Assembly: GCA_049903315.1 (NCBI GenBank)
Contig: JBNGBT010000004.1
Location: forward strand, 32,001-96,000
Reading direction: 5' to 3'
DNA length: 64,000 nt
Source of the DNA: Candidatus Cloacimonadota bacterium
GTDB taxonomy: Bacteria > Cloacimonadota > Cloacimonadia > JGIOTU-2
The notes under the pieces were generated by a model. The model was not told the origin of the DNA. It searched no databases and saw only the letters and a list, made by a program, of their open reading frames with translations. A program made the translations under genes and the position numbers. How positions within the stretch are numbered: position 1 is the stretch's first letter; every line of letters begins with the position of its first letter. This document shows, one piece after another, positions 20,153 through 30,299 of the stretch.

Positions 20153-21331
20153 ATGAACAGAAAGCAAATTCTTAAATCGTTTAAAATATTATATGAATAT
20201 TGTGCTGTTCATAGATTTATTGGATATAGCTTATTTGATTCACACACCTCTAAAATACCTTTTACCAAACTTCCTCATAAATTATCATTTATAATTAATC
20301 AAATAGTAAAAAGATCACCAATAAATATTAGACCTGTGCTTGGAATTAGGAAGAATTTCAACCCTAAGGGAATGGGTTTGTTTCTTTATGCTTTTTCCAA
20401 AATCAAAGCAGATGATATAGTCACACTAGATAATTTAGAAGATATAATGCGTTTTTTCTTCGAATGGTTACGTGAAAATTATAGCAAGAAATATATTGGT
20501 AAAGGTTGGGGATATCATTATGACTGGCCGAAAAGTGATGGCGCATTTGTTCCTAGGAATACCCCTAACACTGTAGTAACTGCATTTAATACTAGAGCAA
20601 TTTTTGAATATTTTCAATTAACTAAAGATCCTGAAGCTTTCAATTTAATACTAGGAGCTAAAGATTTTATACTTAATAATACTTTTAAATTTTCAACATC
20701 AGATGGTATATGCTTTTCTTATACTCCTATAAAAAATGATATTACTATTAATGCCAATTTATTAGCTGCAGAGGTGTTAGCATATAGTGATTACATTCTT
20801 AAAGAAAAAAAATTCCAGGAAACAATATTAAGTGTTCTAAATTTTACGATGAATCGTCAAAATGATGATGGGTCTTGGTATTATAGTTTCAACGTGAAAA
20901 CAAATGAACCCAAAAAACAAATTGATTTTCATCAAGGCTATGTTTTGGATTCAATATATCTTTTATGTAAATATTCTACAATAGATATGGATATTTATAA
21001 AAAGAATGTTATTCGGGGTTTAGAATTTTATTTTTCAAAACAATTTGATCCATCAGGTTTTGCTTATTGGCGATATCCCCAAAAATGGCCTATTGATATA
21101 CATAATCAAAGTCAGGGTATTATTACTTTTAGTAGATTCTCAGATTTTGATAAAAAGTATCTTTCTTTTGCAAAAAAAATTGCTCATTGGACAATTAATA
21201 ATATGCAAAGTAAAAACGGTGGATTTTACTACCAAAAATGGTCATTTGTAACTAATAAAGTTTCTTACATGCGATGGAATAACGCTTGGATGCTAGTAGC
21301 ACTATCATATTTGCTGGAGAAATTAAAGTAA
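20153..21331 (+). CDS. Polysaccharide-locus alpha/alpha-toroid protein of unknown function
   Basis: WGYHYDW, PNTVVT, QNDDGSWYY, IDFHQGY, YMRW motifs; repeated Q-x-x-D-G-x-W/F-Y motifs. Confidence 0.6.
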   Translation: MNRKQILKSFKILYEYCAVHRFIGYSLFDSHTSKIPFTKLPHKLSFIINQIVKRSPINIRPVLGIRKNFNPKGMGLFLYAFSKIKADDIVTLDNLEDIMRFFFEWLRENYSKKYIGKGWGYHYDWPKSDGAFVPRNTPNTVVTAFNTRAIFEYFQLTKDPEAFNLILGAKDFILNNTFKFSTSDGICFSYTPIKNDITINANLLAAEVLAYSDYILKEKKFQETILSVLNFTMNRQNDDGSWYYSFNVKTNEPKKQIDFHQGYVLDSIYLLCKYSTIDMDIYKKNVIRGLEFYFSKQFDPSGFAYWRYPQKWPIDIHNQSQGIITFSRFSDFDKKYLSFAKKIAHWTINNMQSKNGGFYYQKWSFVTNKVSYMRWNNAWMLVALSYLLEKLK

Positions 21332-21336
21332 AAATT

Positions 21337-22419
21337 ATGAGAATATTGATAGATATTGGTCATCCTGCACACGTCCACTATTTCAAGAATTTTATTAAAA
21401 TAATGGAACAAAAAGGTAATAAATTCTTGATAACTGCTCGTGATAAAGAAATGACTCATTACCTATTGCAAACATATAAAATCGATTATTTTAATAGAGG
21501 AAAAGGTAGCAATTCCATATTTGGAAAGTTAAAATATTTACCAAAAGGTGTTTTAGCCATACTCAAATACTCAAGGAAATTTAAACCAGACATATTTTTA
21601 AGTTTTAGTTCTCCGTATGCTGCACAAGCCTCTCTTATTATGAACAAACCACATATTGCTTTTGATGATACCGAGCACGCTAAATTTAGCAGATTATTGT
21701 ATCGACCCTTTACAAATATTATTCTTTCACCTTCTTGTTTTAAAACTAATCTGGGAAAGAAACAAGTTAGATTTAATAGTTATATGGAATTGTGCTATTT
21801 ACATAAAAACTATTATCGAGCTAATTTTCAAATAAAAAAAATACTTGGATTGAAAGATGATGAGAAGTATGTAGTTTTAAGATTCGTTGCCTGGCAGGGT
21901 AATCATGATATTGGACATAAAGGAATAAGTGATAATTTCAAAGTTAAAATAGTTGAAGAATTTTCTAGGTATGCGAAAGTCTTTATTACATCTGAATCTA
22001 AGTTGCCGGAGAAAATCAAGAAATATGAACTTAATTTACCCTTTGAAAAAATCCATGATGTACTTGCGTCTGCCAACTTATTTTTTGGAGAGAGTGCTAC
22101 AATGGCATCCGAATCAGCAGTATTAGGAATCCCTGCAATATATATAGATGATGTTGGAAGAGGGTATACCGATGAGCAAGAATTAAAATATGGATTAGTA
22201 TTCAATTTCAGTGAATCATATGAAGACCAAAAAAAAGCCTTATCAAAAGGAATAGATATATTACGCAATTATGATTCATCTAACTGGAAGGGGTTAGGGC
22301 AGAAGTTGATTCGGGAGAAAATTGATATTACAGCTTTATTAGTTTGGCTAATAAAGGAATATCCAGAAAGTTATTATCAATTAAAAAATAATACGGAATT
22401 ACATTATAATTTCTACTAA
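21337..22419 (+). CDS. DUF354 domain protein (GT-B-like)
   Basis: IDIGHPAHVHYFK, ARDKE, FDDTEH and ATMASESAVLG motifs. ATG at 21337 avoids overlap with the upstream gene. Confidence 0.82.
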   Translation: MRILIDIGHPAHVHYFKNFIKIMEQKGNKFLITARDKEMTHYLLQTYKIDYFNRGKGSNSIFGKLKYLPKGVLAILKYSRKFKPDIFLSFSSPYAAQASLIMNKPHIAFDDTEHAKFSRLLYRPFTNIILSPSCFKTNLGKKQVRFNSYMELCYLHKNYYRANFQIKKILGLKDDEKYVVLRFVAWQGNHDIGHKGISDNFKVKIVEEFSRYAKVFITSESKLPEKIKKYELNLPFEKIHDVLASANLFFGESATMASESAVLGIPAIYIDDVGRGYTDEQELKYGLVFNFSESYEDQKKALSKGIDILRNYDSSNWKGLGQKLIREKIDITALLVWLIKEYPESYYQLKNNTELHYNFY

Positions 22420-22420
22420 A

Positions 22421-23980
22421 ATGCGTAAAGAAAAAAAATCACGTTACATTTTTATTGACTTAGTAATAATTTCGTTCTCATTTTTCTTTATTATTTGGTT
22501 AAAACCTGCTACAAAAAGGATATACTTCCCGCAGTATTTTCTTCCCTTTATTTTCTTCGTGTTTTTGTGGATTATATTATCTTTCCTTTTTGATAAATTT
22601 AATTTCAAGAATAAATTAACGATAAAGCATTATATTTCACCCATATTTAAAACTTCTCTTACATCATTAGCAATAATATTATCGATAATTTTTCTATTTG
22701 ATCTATTACACTACTCTAGATTAATAGTTCTTGGCACAATAATATTATGTACCGCTTTAGAGTTATTTTTTCTGTTTATTTTATTTTTACATAGGAAAAT
22801 TAAAGGTGATATTGATTTTTCTGATAGATTTACAAAACGTATTTCTTTATTAGATGATCAAGATATCGATCAAGAAATTACCAGCGAATATTCCTTTCCT
22901 GATTTAAAAAATATAGATGATTCAATATCCAGGACTCTTGTGAATAAGTATCTGATTCGCTATAAAGAATTATATAAGTTTATATTAGCTAATATAAATT
23001 TAAATGGAATCATTAAGACAAAATCATCAGTAGTAAAAACGCACACACTCTATAATATTGAACACTATGATCTAGAGTCTCAACAATTATTTATTAATCT
23101 ACATAAGATAAATGATATAAGAAGAATAAACCGTTTTTTTATTCAGGTTAATAAAAATTTACAATTTGGCGGTTACTTTGTTGGGTCTGCTGAAACAATA
23201 AAAGAAAGATATCAAAGGTACAAGAAGAAGTATCCAATAATAGTATTTCATATAATGTATGGATTAAGTTTTCTTTTTACTCGAGTTTTCCCGAAAATTC
23301 CAATTTTAAAAGAAATATATTTTGTAATTACTAAAGGTAATAATCGACAAATATCAAAAGCTGAAATTCTTGGCCGATTATCGTATTGTGGTTTCAGCAT
23401 TATTTCTGAAATCGAAGTTGAAAATTTATTTTATTTTATTGCTCAAAAGGTTCGAAAATATGAGGAGAATGAAGTACCAACATACGGACCATTGATTAAA
23501 TTAAGAAGAGTAGGAAGAGAAGGTAAATCCATTTACATTTATAAACTAAGATCTATGCATCCATATTCAGAATATTTACAGAAATATATTTGTGATATAG
23601 GAGGTGGAACAATAGATGGAGATGGTTTTAAGAAAGATTTTAGAATAACAAGCTGGGGAAGGATATTAAGAAAATTCTGGATTGACGAATTGCCAATGTT
23701 TGTGAATTTTTTTAGATCAGATTTGAAATTAGTAGGAATAAGACCTTTAAGTTATCACAAATACTGTCTTTATTCAGATAAAATGAAAAAATTAAGAGTT
23801 CAGTTCAAGCCTGGAATAATTCCTCCATTTTATGCAGACTTACCAAAAAATTTAGCAGAATTAGAGAAATCTGAATATAATTACTTGATCAAATATCAGC
23901 AAAGACCTCTTCGAACTGATTTTGAATACTTCTTTAAAGTTTGGTTTAATATTTTATTTAAAGGAGTGAGAAGCAAGTAA
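22421..23980 (+). CDS. Initiating polyprenyl-phosphate sugar phosphotransferase (bacterial sugar transferase)
   Basis: Four N-terminal TM segments; C-terminal YKLRSM, D-x-RIT-x-x-G-x-x-LRKFWIDELP, LVGIRP and KPGI. Confidence 0.88.
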   Translation: MRKEKKSRYIFIDLVIISFSFFFIIWLKPATKRIYFPQYFLPFIFFVFLWIILSFLFDKFNFKNKLTIKHYISPIFKTSLTSLAIILSIIFLFDLLHYSRLIVLGTIILCTALELFFLFILFLHRKIKGDIDFSDRFTKRISLLDDQDIDQEITSEYSFPDLKNIDDSISRTLVNKYLIRYKELYKFILANINLNGIIKTKSSVVKTHTLYNIEHYDLESQQLFINLHKINDIRRINRFFIQVNKNLQFGGYFVGSAETIKERYQRYKKKYPIIVFHIMYGLSFLFTRVFPKIPILKEIYFVITKGNNRQISKAEILGRLSYCGFSIISEIEVENLFYFIAQKVRKYEENEVPTYGPLIKLRRVGREGKSIYIYKLRSMHPYSEYLQKYICDIGGGTIDGDGFKKDFRITSWGRILRKFWIDELPMFVNFFRSDLKLVGIRPLSYHKYCLYSDKMKKLRVQFKPGIIPPFYADLPKNLAELEKSEYNYLIKYQQRPLRTDFEYFFKVWFNILFKGVRSK

Positions 23981-23998
23981 GTTTGGAGTTAATATATA

Positions 23999-25078
23999 AT
24001 GAGTAAGATAAAATTTGCACTTGTAGGCTGTGGACGTATTTCAAAGAAACATATCGATGTTTTGCAAAATCACATTCAGAATAAAGCTGAATTAGTTGCA
24101 GTATGTGATCATAATAAATCACGGGCAAAAGAAGTTGGAAAGCGAACTGGTGTCCCGTATTATAATTCGTATGATGAGATGTTGACTAAACATCCTGAAA
24201 TCGATGTTGTAACCATCCTCACCGAAAGTGGAAATCATGCAAAAAATACTATTGACATTGTATCAAAATATAAAAAACATGTTGTCGTAGAAAAACCTAT
24301 GGCTCTTGATTTAGACGATGCTGACGAAATGATACGAATATGCGACGAGAATGGCGTGAAATTATTTGTGGTTAAGCAGAATAGATATAATCTTCCCGTT
24401 ATTAAGCTGCGAGAAGCACTTGAGTCTGGAAGGTTTGGTAAGATCGTTATGGGAACTGTCCGTGTAAGATGGTCAAGAGGACAATCATATTACGATCAGG
24501 ATAACTGGCGCGGAACCTGGGCTATGGATGGTGGTGTTTTTACCAATCAAGCTTCTCATCACGTTGATCTTCTCGAGTGGATGCTTGGAGAACCAGTTTC
24601 TGTATTTGCGAAATCAAGAACTGCATTAGTTGACATTGAAGTTGAAGATACTGGTGTGGCGATAATACAGTTTATGAGTGGAGCCATTGGCGTGATAGAA
24701 GCGACAACAGCCACAAGACCCGATGATTTGGAGGGCTCATTGTCGGTTCTTGGTGAAAAGGGGACAGTTGAGATAGCTGGTTTTGCAGTAAATGAAATGA
24801 AGATATGGAATTTTCAGGATAAAATTCCCGAAGATGATCAAGTTTTAACTAAATACAGGGAGAATCCACCTAATATATATGGCTTTGGGCATATCCGCTA
24901 CTTGGATAGTGTATGTGACTCTTTAATCAATAATAAAAGAGCGTTGGTTGACGGACTTGAGGGTAGGAAAAGTCTGAAACTGATATGTGCAATTTATGAA
25001 TCAATTGAAACGGGCGAAGAAGTATTTCTAAAATACAAACCGCGAAGATGCAAGCTTGGAAATCACAATGGAAAGTAA
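23999..25078 (+). CDS. Gfo/Idh/MocA oxidoreductase (WbpB/WlbA-like UDP-GlcNAcA 3-dehydrogenase)
   Basis: GCGRIS, VEKPMA, VVKQNRYN and WRGTWAMDGGVFTNQASH motifs; adjacent acetyltransferase and aminotransferase. Confidence 0.85.
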   Translation: MSKIKFALVGCGRISKKHIDVLQNHIQNKAELVAVCDHNKSRAKEVGKRTGVPYYNSYDEMLTKHPEIDVVTILTESGNHAKNTIDIVSKYKKHVVVEKPMALDLDDADEMIRICDENGVKLFVVKQNRYNLPVIKLREALESGRFGKIVMGTVRVRWSRGQSYYDQDNWRGTWAMDGGVFTNQASHHVDLLEWMLGEPVSVFAKSRTALVDIEVEDTGVAIIQFMSGAIGVIEATTATRPDDLEGSLSVLGEKGTVEIAGFAVNEMKIWNFQDKIPEDDQVLTKYRENPPNIYGFGHIRYLDSVCDSLINNKRALVDGLEGRKSLKLICAIYESIETGEEVFLKYKPRRCKLGNHNGK

Positions 25079-25544
25079 TGATCCAAAAACAGTAAATGCT
25101 TCAATTCGAGAAGTACAATTTGGGACGAATGTAACAATAATCAAACCTGTTAATTTATATGAATGCTCAATAGGTGATAATTGCTTCATCGGTCCCTTTG
25201 TGGAAATACAAAAAGGAGTAGAGGTAGGTAAAAATACAAAAATTCAGTCTCATTCATTTATTTGTGAATTAGTTGTCATAGGTGAAGGATGTTTTATTTC
25301 CCATGGGGTTAAATTTGTAAATGATCTTTTCCAATCTGGTCATCCAGCCGGTGGAGATACGAGCAAATGGAAAAAAACTGTTGTTGGCAATAATGTTTCA
25401 ATTGGAACTAATACTACCGTTCTTCCAGTAAAAATTTGTGACAATGTTGTAATTGGAGCTGGAGCAGTAGTAACAAAGAACATAACTCAATCGGGTGTTT
25501 ATGCTGGTAATCCAGCTAGACTAATCAGAGTCTTGAAAGGATGA
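25068..25544 (+). CDS. Hexapeptide-repeat N-acetyltransferase (WbpD/WlbB-like)
   Basis: Left-handed beta-helix repeats; IGPFVEIQK, QSHSFICE, IGAGAVVTK and AGNPAR motifs. Confidence 0.87.
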   Translation: MESNDPKTVNASIREVQFGTNVTIIKPVNLYECSIGDNCFIGPFVEIQKGVEVGKNTKIQSHSFICELVVIGEGCFISHGVKFVNDLFQSGHPAGGDTSKWKKTVVGNNVSIGTNTTVLPVKICDNVVIGAGAVVTKNITQSGVYAGNPARLIRVLKG

Positions 25545-25545
25545 A

Positions 25546-26649
25546 ATGAGAATTCCATTTGTAGATCTTCAAATTCAATATCAATCAATAAAAGATGAAA
25601 TTGATCAATCGATTAAAGAGGTTATAGACAATACAGCTTTTATTGGAGGAAAGAAAGTAGAAGAATTTTGTGATAATTTCTCACAATATATCGAGACAAA
25701 ATATTCTATTCCAGTCGGCAACGGTACTGATGCCCTTTTTATTGCGTTAAAAGCACTCGGTATTGGACAAGGAGATGAGGTTGTCACAGTTGCGAATACT
25801 TTCATAGCAACTTCAGAAGCTGTTACTGCAACCGGAGCAAACGTTGTATTTGTAGATTGTCATCCTGATTATTTTACGATGAATTCTGCTTTAATAGAGG
25901 AAAAGATATCTGAAAGAACAAAAGCAATAATTCCTGTACATCTTTATGGACAACCAACAACGATTGAAGATATTTGTAATATTGCTCAAAAACATGACCT
26001 GTATGTTATTGAAGACAGCGCACAGGCTCATGGTGCTAAATATAATGGTAAGAAGGTGGGGACTTTTGGTGACCTTGCAACCTTTAGTTTCTACCCGGGA
26101 AAAAATCTAGGTGCTTATGGTGATGCCGGAGCTATCTTAACTGATAATCAAGATCTAGCTGATCTATGTAAAAAATTAGCCAATCATGGTAGAATTGATA
26201 AATATGATCATGAGATTGAGGGCTTTAATTCTCGTATGGATGGGATTCAAGCTGCTGTTCTGAACGTAAAGTTGAAATATATAGAAAAGTGGAATGCGCA
26301 TAGAAGGCGGGCTGCTCAAATATATGATACACTTCTCGAAAATGTAGCGGAAATTATTACACCGAAAATCTGTGATAAAACTTTGCCCGTTTATCACTTA
26401 TATGTAATTCGAGCAAAAAAAAGAAACGATTTACGACTATTTCTGAAGGAAAAAGGCATCTCTACAGGCATTCATTATCCTATTGGATTACCGTTCCTAA
26501 AAGCATATGAATATTTAGGTCATCGCCCTCAGGATTTTCCTGTAACATATAAATATCAATCAGAAATTTTAAGCTTACCAATTTATCCTGAAATTACAAA
26601 TGAAATGATCAACTATGTAGTGGATAAGATAAAGAGCTTTTATGCATAG
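25546..26649 (+). CDS. DegT/DnrJ/EryC1/StrS aminotransferase (WbpE/WlbC-like)
   Basis: IPFVDL, NGTDAL, PVHLYGQ, IEDSAQAHGA and FSFYPGKNLGAYGDAG motifs. Confidence 0.93.
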   Translation: MRIPFVDLQIQYQSIKDEIDQSIKEVIDNTAFIGGKKVEEFCDNFSQYIETKYSIPVGNGTDALFIALKALGIGQGDEVVTVANTFIATSEAVTATGANVVFVDCHPDYFTMNSALIEEKISERTKAIIPVHLYGQPTTIEDICNIAQKHDLYVIEDSAQAHGAKYNGKKVGTFGDLATFSFYPGKNLGAYGDAGAILTDNQDLADLCKKLANHGRIDKYDHEIEGFNSRMDGIQAAVLNVKLKYIEKWNAHRRRAAQIYDTLLENVAEIITPKICDKTLPVYHLYVIRAKKRNDLRLFLKEKGISTGIHYPIGLPFLKAYEYLGHRPQDFPVTYKYQSEILSLPIYPEITNEMINYVVDKIKSFYA

Positions 26650-27742
26650 CAATAGAGTTCCAGTTAAGAAAATTTATTCTTTGATCAACACCGTATTTCT
26701 AAAATTAGGTGTTCCTATAGATGATGCACATATTTGCACTGAAGTCCTAATTGCATCAGATCTTAGCGGTATTGAGTCTCATGGTATCGGTCGCCTCAAA
26801 ATGTATTATGATCGTATCATAGCAGGTATTCAAAATCCAATAACCAAAATTGATGTAATAAAGGACAGGGCTGCAATTGCTGTATGGGATGGCAATCATG
26901 GTATGGGACAAGTGATCAGTCATCAGGCAATGCTAGCTGCCATTGATAAAGCTAAAGAATATGGCGTTGGTATCATAACCGTGAGGAATTCTACACATTA
27001 TGGCATAGCTGGGTATTATGCAAAATTAGCATCAGATAATGACATGATTGGCATTACAATGACGAATGCGCGCCCATCAGTTGCACCATTATTTGGAGTG
27101 TCACCAATACTGGGAACAAATCCGATTGCTTTTTCTACACCAACTAATATGGACTATCCTTTTCTTTATGATGCGGCAACTTCAATAAGTCAGAGGGGAA
27201 AGATTGAGGTGCTTAATCGTGAAGGCAAATCAACACCTGATATTTGGGCTATTGATAATTCAGGTAATCCTTGTGATGATACCGAGGAACTATTGATTGA
27301 ACTGTTACAAAAGAAAGCTTCTCTTGTAGCTTTAGGAGGAAGGGAAGAAATTACCGGTGGTCATAAAGGATATGGATTAGGTGTTATTGTTGAAATTTTA
27401 AGCAGTGCTCTGCAGAACGGCGCATACTTATATCAACTTTCGGGGTTAGAAAAAGATAAACAAGTTCCATATAAATTAGGACATTTCTTCATGGCTATAG
27501 ATATTGATTCCTTTACTGATATAGGATCATTCAAAAAAATAACAAGTGATATTATAAAACAAATTAAAAATTCAAAACGAGAACCCGAAAAGGATAATAT
27601 ATTTATTGCTGGCGAGAAAGAATATTTAAAAGAAAAAGAAGTAAGAAAAATAGGTATACTAATTAATAATGAACTACGAAAGAATCTTGAAGTAATGATT
27701 TATGAATTAGATATTAATTTTACATTTGATGACTATAACTAA
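26642..27742 (+). CDS. Ldh_2 family (malate/L-lactate/sulfolactate/ureidoglycolate) dehydrogenase
   Basis: GIESHGIGRL, RNSTHYG, GTNPIAF and GGHKGYGL motifs. Confidence 0.9.
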   Translation: MHSNRVPVKKIYSLINTVFLKLGVPIDDAHICTEVLIASDLSGIESHGIGRLKMYYDRIIAGIQNPITKIDVIKDRAAIAVWDGNHGMGQVISHQAMLAAIDKAKEYGVGIITVRNSTHYGIAGYYAKLASDNDMIGITMTNARPSVAPLFGVSPILGTNPIAFSTPTNMDYPFLYDAATSISQRGKIEVLNREGKSTPDIWAIDNSGNPCDDTEELLIELLQKKASLVALGGREEITGGHKGYGLGVIVEILSSALQNGAYLYQLSGLEKDKQVPYKLGHFFMAIDIDSFTDIGSFKKITSDIIKQIKNSKREPEKDNIFIAGEKEYLKEKEVRKIGILINNELRKNLEVMIYELDINFTFDDYN

Positions 27743-27785
27743 TCAAGGAATAAGAATCATTATTACTAAATATATAGGCAGAGCG

Positions 27786-29330
27786 ATGAGAAAAAAATTA
27801 GCAATTTTCCTTCTTCTCTTTCTTTTAAGTACTAATTCGATTTATGCAGATTTCACCGTCCCTCTGGATGATGAGGTTTACGATTATCTGCAATCTATGG
27901 AAATCTTGGATAAAATACCATCAAATGCTGTTTATCCGAAATATTATGATCGTATCGAAAATTACCTTTACGATATCGCTGATGAAGATATTCCAAGAAG
28001 CTATAAAGAGCTGAATAGAAAATATTTATCATTCATGAAAATCGATGATGAAGATGGGTTTCATTCAGAAATAATTCCTCTAAAAGAACTTCCTTGGAAA
28101 ATATTAAAGCCAAATAGTATTGATGAATCAAGATCATCATTTTTATCATATAAGAAAGATGATCTCAATCTATTTTCATCATTTATACTTGGCATTGACT
28201 ATGACATAAAAAACGATGACGATCAGCAGCATAGAACTTATCAATATTATGGTCTGGAATTTGGTGGTAACTTTCAAAAAAATCTAGGACTATATACTCG
28301 TTATAGAAAAGGCAATTATACTGGTGATTACGACTTCATTCATGAAGATCCTTATATTCATCATAGCGGAGGAATGGATCGTAAAGTGTCTGTTTATTCC
28401 GAATTTGATTTCAAGAATCCTGTTCTGGATCTTTCTATTGGTTATAGTAACTTCAAAATTGGGAAAAATATTACTTCATCCGTAATTCTAAACGGAATGA
28501 CTAATCCATTTGGGTATTTTAAATATTATAAAAAAATTGGTAAGTTTAATTTTATGGCATTTAATTCACAACTTACTGCAGATAGTGTGACCATCTCATC
28601 AGAATTTCCGGTTAAATCATTTTCTCTGCAAACTCTCTATTATCAAACTGAAAGATTGCAGGTTGGTGTTGGACAGTCAGTTATATATGGTAACAAAACT
28701 ATAGATATTGCCTACTGGACTCCCTTGATGGTATTCAAGCTTATTGATTTTAAAAATCACAATAGAGATAATGAATTTGTATTTGCTTATTCAACATGGA
28801 TTCCTTTTAATGGTATATTGCATTATTTCAATTTATTTATGGATGATTTAAAAAAGAGTCAATTATTTACTAAAGATTGGCTTACAAATTTTGCTTTACA
28901 GACAGGATTCATGTATCAGTCTTCATCATTTCCGTTGAGATTGTCAGCTGAATGCACTGCAGTCGGACCAACTACATATGCTCATCGTGATTATGAACTG
29001 ATTTATTCACAGGATAATATGCTCTTAGGATATTTATATGGATCAAACCTATTCAACCTTTCATTCCAGATAAACTATATGAATCCATATTTCATTGCTG
29101 AGATCCAATACGAGAATATGCAGCAAGGAAGCAATGGAAGCGACCCTTTTAGTTGTGATACTGATCCAGCTGAGTTCCTTTCCGGTGAATTCACTCGTAC
29201 GCAAAGATTAACTGGAAAAATATCTTTTTATTTAAATCAACATCTCAAAGCAAAGGTACAATATTCGATTATTGATAAAGTTAATAAAACCATCAATTAT
29301 CTTTATTCTGGATTGGAGTTTCAATTTTGA
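27786..29330 (+). CDS. Outer-membrane beta-barrel, capsule assembly Wzi-like
   Basis: Signal peptide MRKKLAIFLLLFLLS...IYA; beta-strand-rich body with DN-x-F and LG-x-x-x-GSN motifs; C-terminal LEFQF. Confidence 0.65.
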   Translation: MRKKLAIFLLLFLLSTNSIYADFTVPLDDEVYDYLQSMEILDKIPSNAVYPKYYDRIENYLYDIADEDIPRSYKELNRKYLSFMKIDDEDGFHSEIIPLKELPWKILKPNSIDESRSSFLSYKKDDLNLFSSFILGIDYDIKNDDDQQHRTYQYYGLEFGGNFQKNLGLYTRYRKGNYTGDYDFIHEDPYIHHSGGMDRKVSVYSEFDFKNPVLDLSIGYSNFKIGKNITSSVILNGMTNPFGYFKYYKKIGKFNFMAFNSQLTADSVTISSEFPVKSFSLQTLYYQTERLQVGVGQSVIYGNKTIDIAYWTPLMVFKLIDFKNHNRDNEFVFAYSTWIPFNGILHYFNLFMDDLKKSQLFTKDWLTNFALQTGFMYQSSSFPLRLSAECTAVGPTTYAHRDYELIYSQDNMLLGYLYGSNLFNLSFQINYMNPYFIAEIQYENMQQGSNGSDPFSCDTDPAEFLSGEFTRTQRLTGKISFYLNQHLKAKVQYSIIDKVNKTINYLYSGLEFQF

Positions 29331-29393
29331 GTTTGAGGATTCATATATAGAGTAGAGATTCAGAATGTCCATAACCAACATTCCCCATCCTAA

Positions 29394-29783
29394 ATGACCA
29401 TCAACAATAATGTTTTCCGGATTCTCTTCTGGCTTTCCCTCGCGATTATCACAATTGCATCGATTATTCCTCAATTTTTCCCGCAGCGTGTTAAAATTTC
29501 TCATGATTTTTCGTTTCGGTTAGATTACGTACTTCATTTTCTCAGTTATTTTTTCTTAGCTTCTTTTCTCACATTCTGGAAATTTTCAAAGAATAAAAAG
29601 TATAAGCTTATTTTATTTATCGTAATTTTTGGGATTATCGTAAGTTCAATTTTTGAAACCATCCAATATTTTCTTCCATCCAGAACATTCAATCCTTATG
29701 ACATGCTTTGCAATTTTTCTGGATTCATTATTGGGCTCGTTTCTTCGCTGATTTATCTAAGAATAAATATTCGATCGAAATAA
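29394..29783 (+). CDS. VanZ family membrane protein
   Basis: DYVLHFLSY and ETIQYFLPSRTFNPYDMLCNFSG motifs; four TM segments. Confidence 0.87.
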   Translation: MTINNNVFRILFWLSLAIITIASIIPQFFPQRVKISHDFSFRLDYVLHFLSYFFLASFLTFWKFSKNKKYKLILFIVIFGIIVSSIFETIQYFLPSRTFNPYDMLCNFSGFIIGLVSSLIYLRINIRSK

Positions 29784-29792
29784 ATTAGAAGA

Positions 29793-29885
29793 AATAATCA
29801 ACGATCTGTACGAACAAGCATAACTATAGAAATAAGAAATGAAATTTTGTAATATTCAGTTCAGTATAGTTAGTGTTCTTTGTTA
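29793..29885. repeat. Degenerate copy of the GxxExxY-associated hairpin unit
   Basis: Left arm AATAATCAACGATCTGTACGAACAAGCATAAC and right arm GTTCAGTATAGTTAGTGTTCTTTGTTA resemble the downstream units. Confidence 0.45.
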
Positions 29886-29915
29886 ATAAGCATTATAATT
29901 TAAAAACATTTAAAT

Positions 29916-30299
29916 ATGGATTTGATCTACAAAGAAGAATTTTACAAAATTAAAAAAGCTTGTATAATAGTTCGGAGAAAGCTAGGCAATGGATTTTTGG
30001 AGAAAGTTTATGAAAATGCCCTATCCATTGAATTGAAGAAATTAGGATTTATTATTGAATTACAGAAGGAATTGTTAGTTTACTATGACGATAAAATCAT
30101 TGGGAAATATTATGCAGATATTGTTGTTGATAATAAAATCATTATTGAGCTGAAAACTGTTTCGAGGATCTTACCAATACATAAATCTCAACTTCTTAAC
30201 TATCTTGTTGCAACTGGTTTTGAGTTGGGTGTTTTAATAAATTTTCCAAACGATAGTAATGGTTTTGAAATTGAAAGAATACCAAATTTCAGAAAATAA
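29916..30299 (+). CDS. GxxExxY protein (PD-(D/E)XK nuclease superfamily)
   Basis: LGNGFLEKVYENAL, YADIVVDNKIIIELK, QLLNYL and GVLINF motifs. Confidence 0.93.
   Translation: MDLIYKEEFYKIKKACIIVRRKLGNGFLEKVYENALSIELKKLGFIIELQKELLVYYDDKIIGKYYADIVVDNKIIIELKTVSRILPIHKSQLLNYLVATGFELGVLINFPNDSNGFEIERIPNFRK

Noticed and set aside
29327..29393. Purine-rich then pyrimidine-rich stretch before vanZ as another repeat unit
   Set aside because: Complementarity is too weak to support a structure and it does not match the GxxExxY-associated arms.
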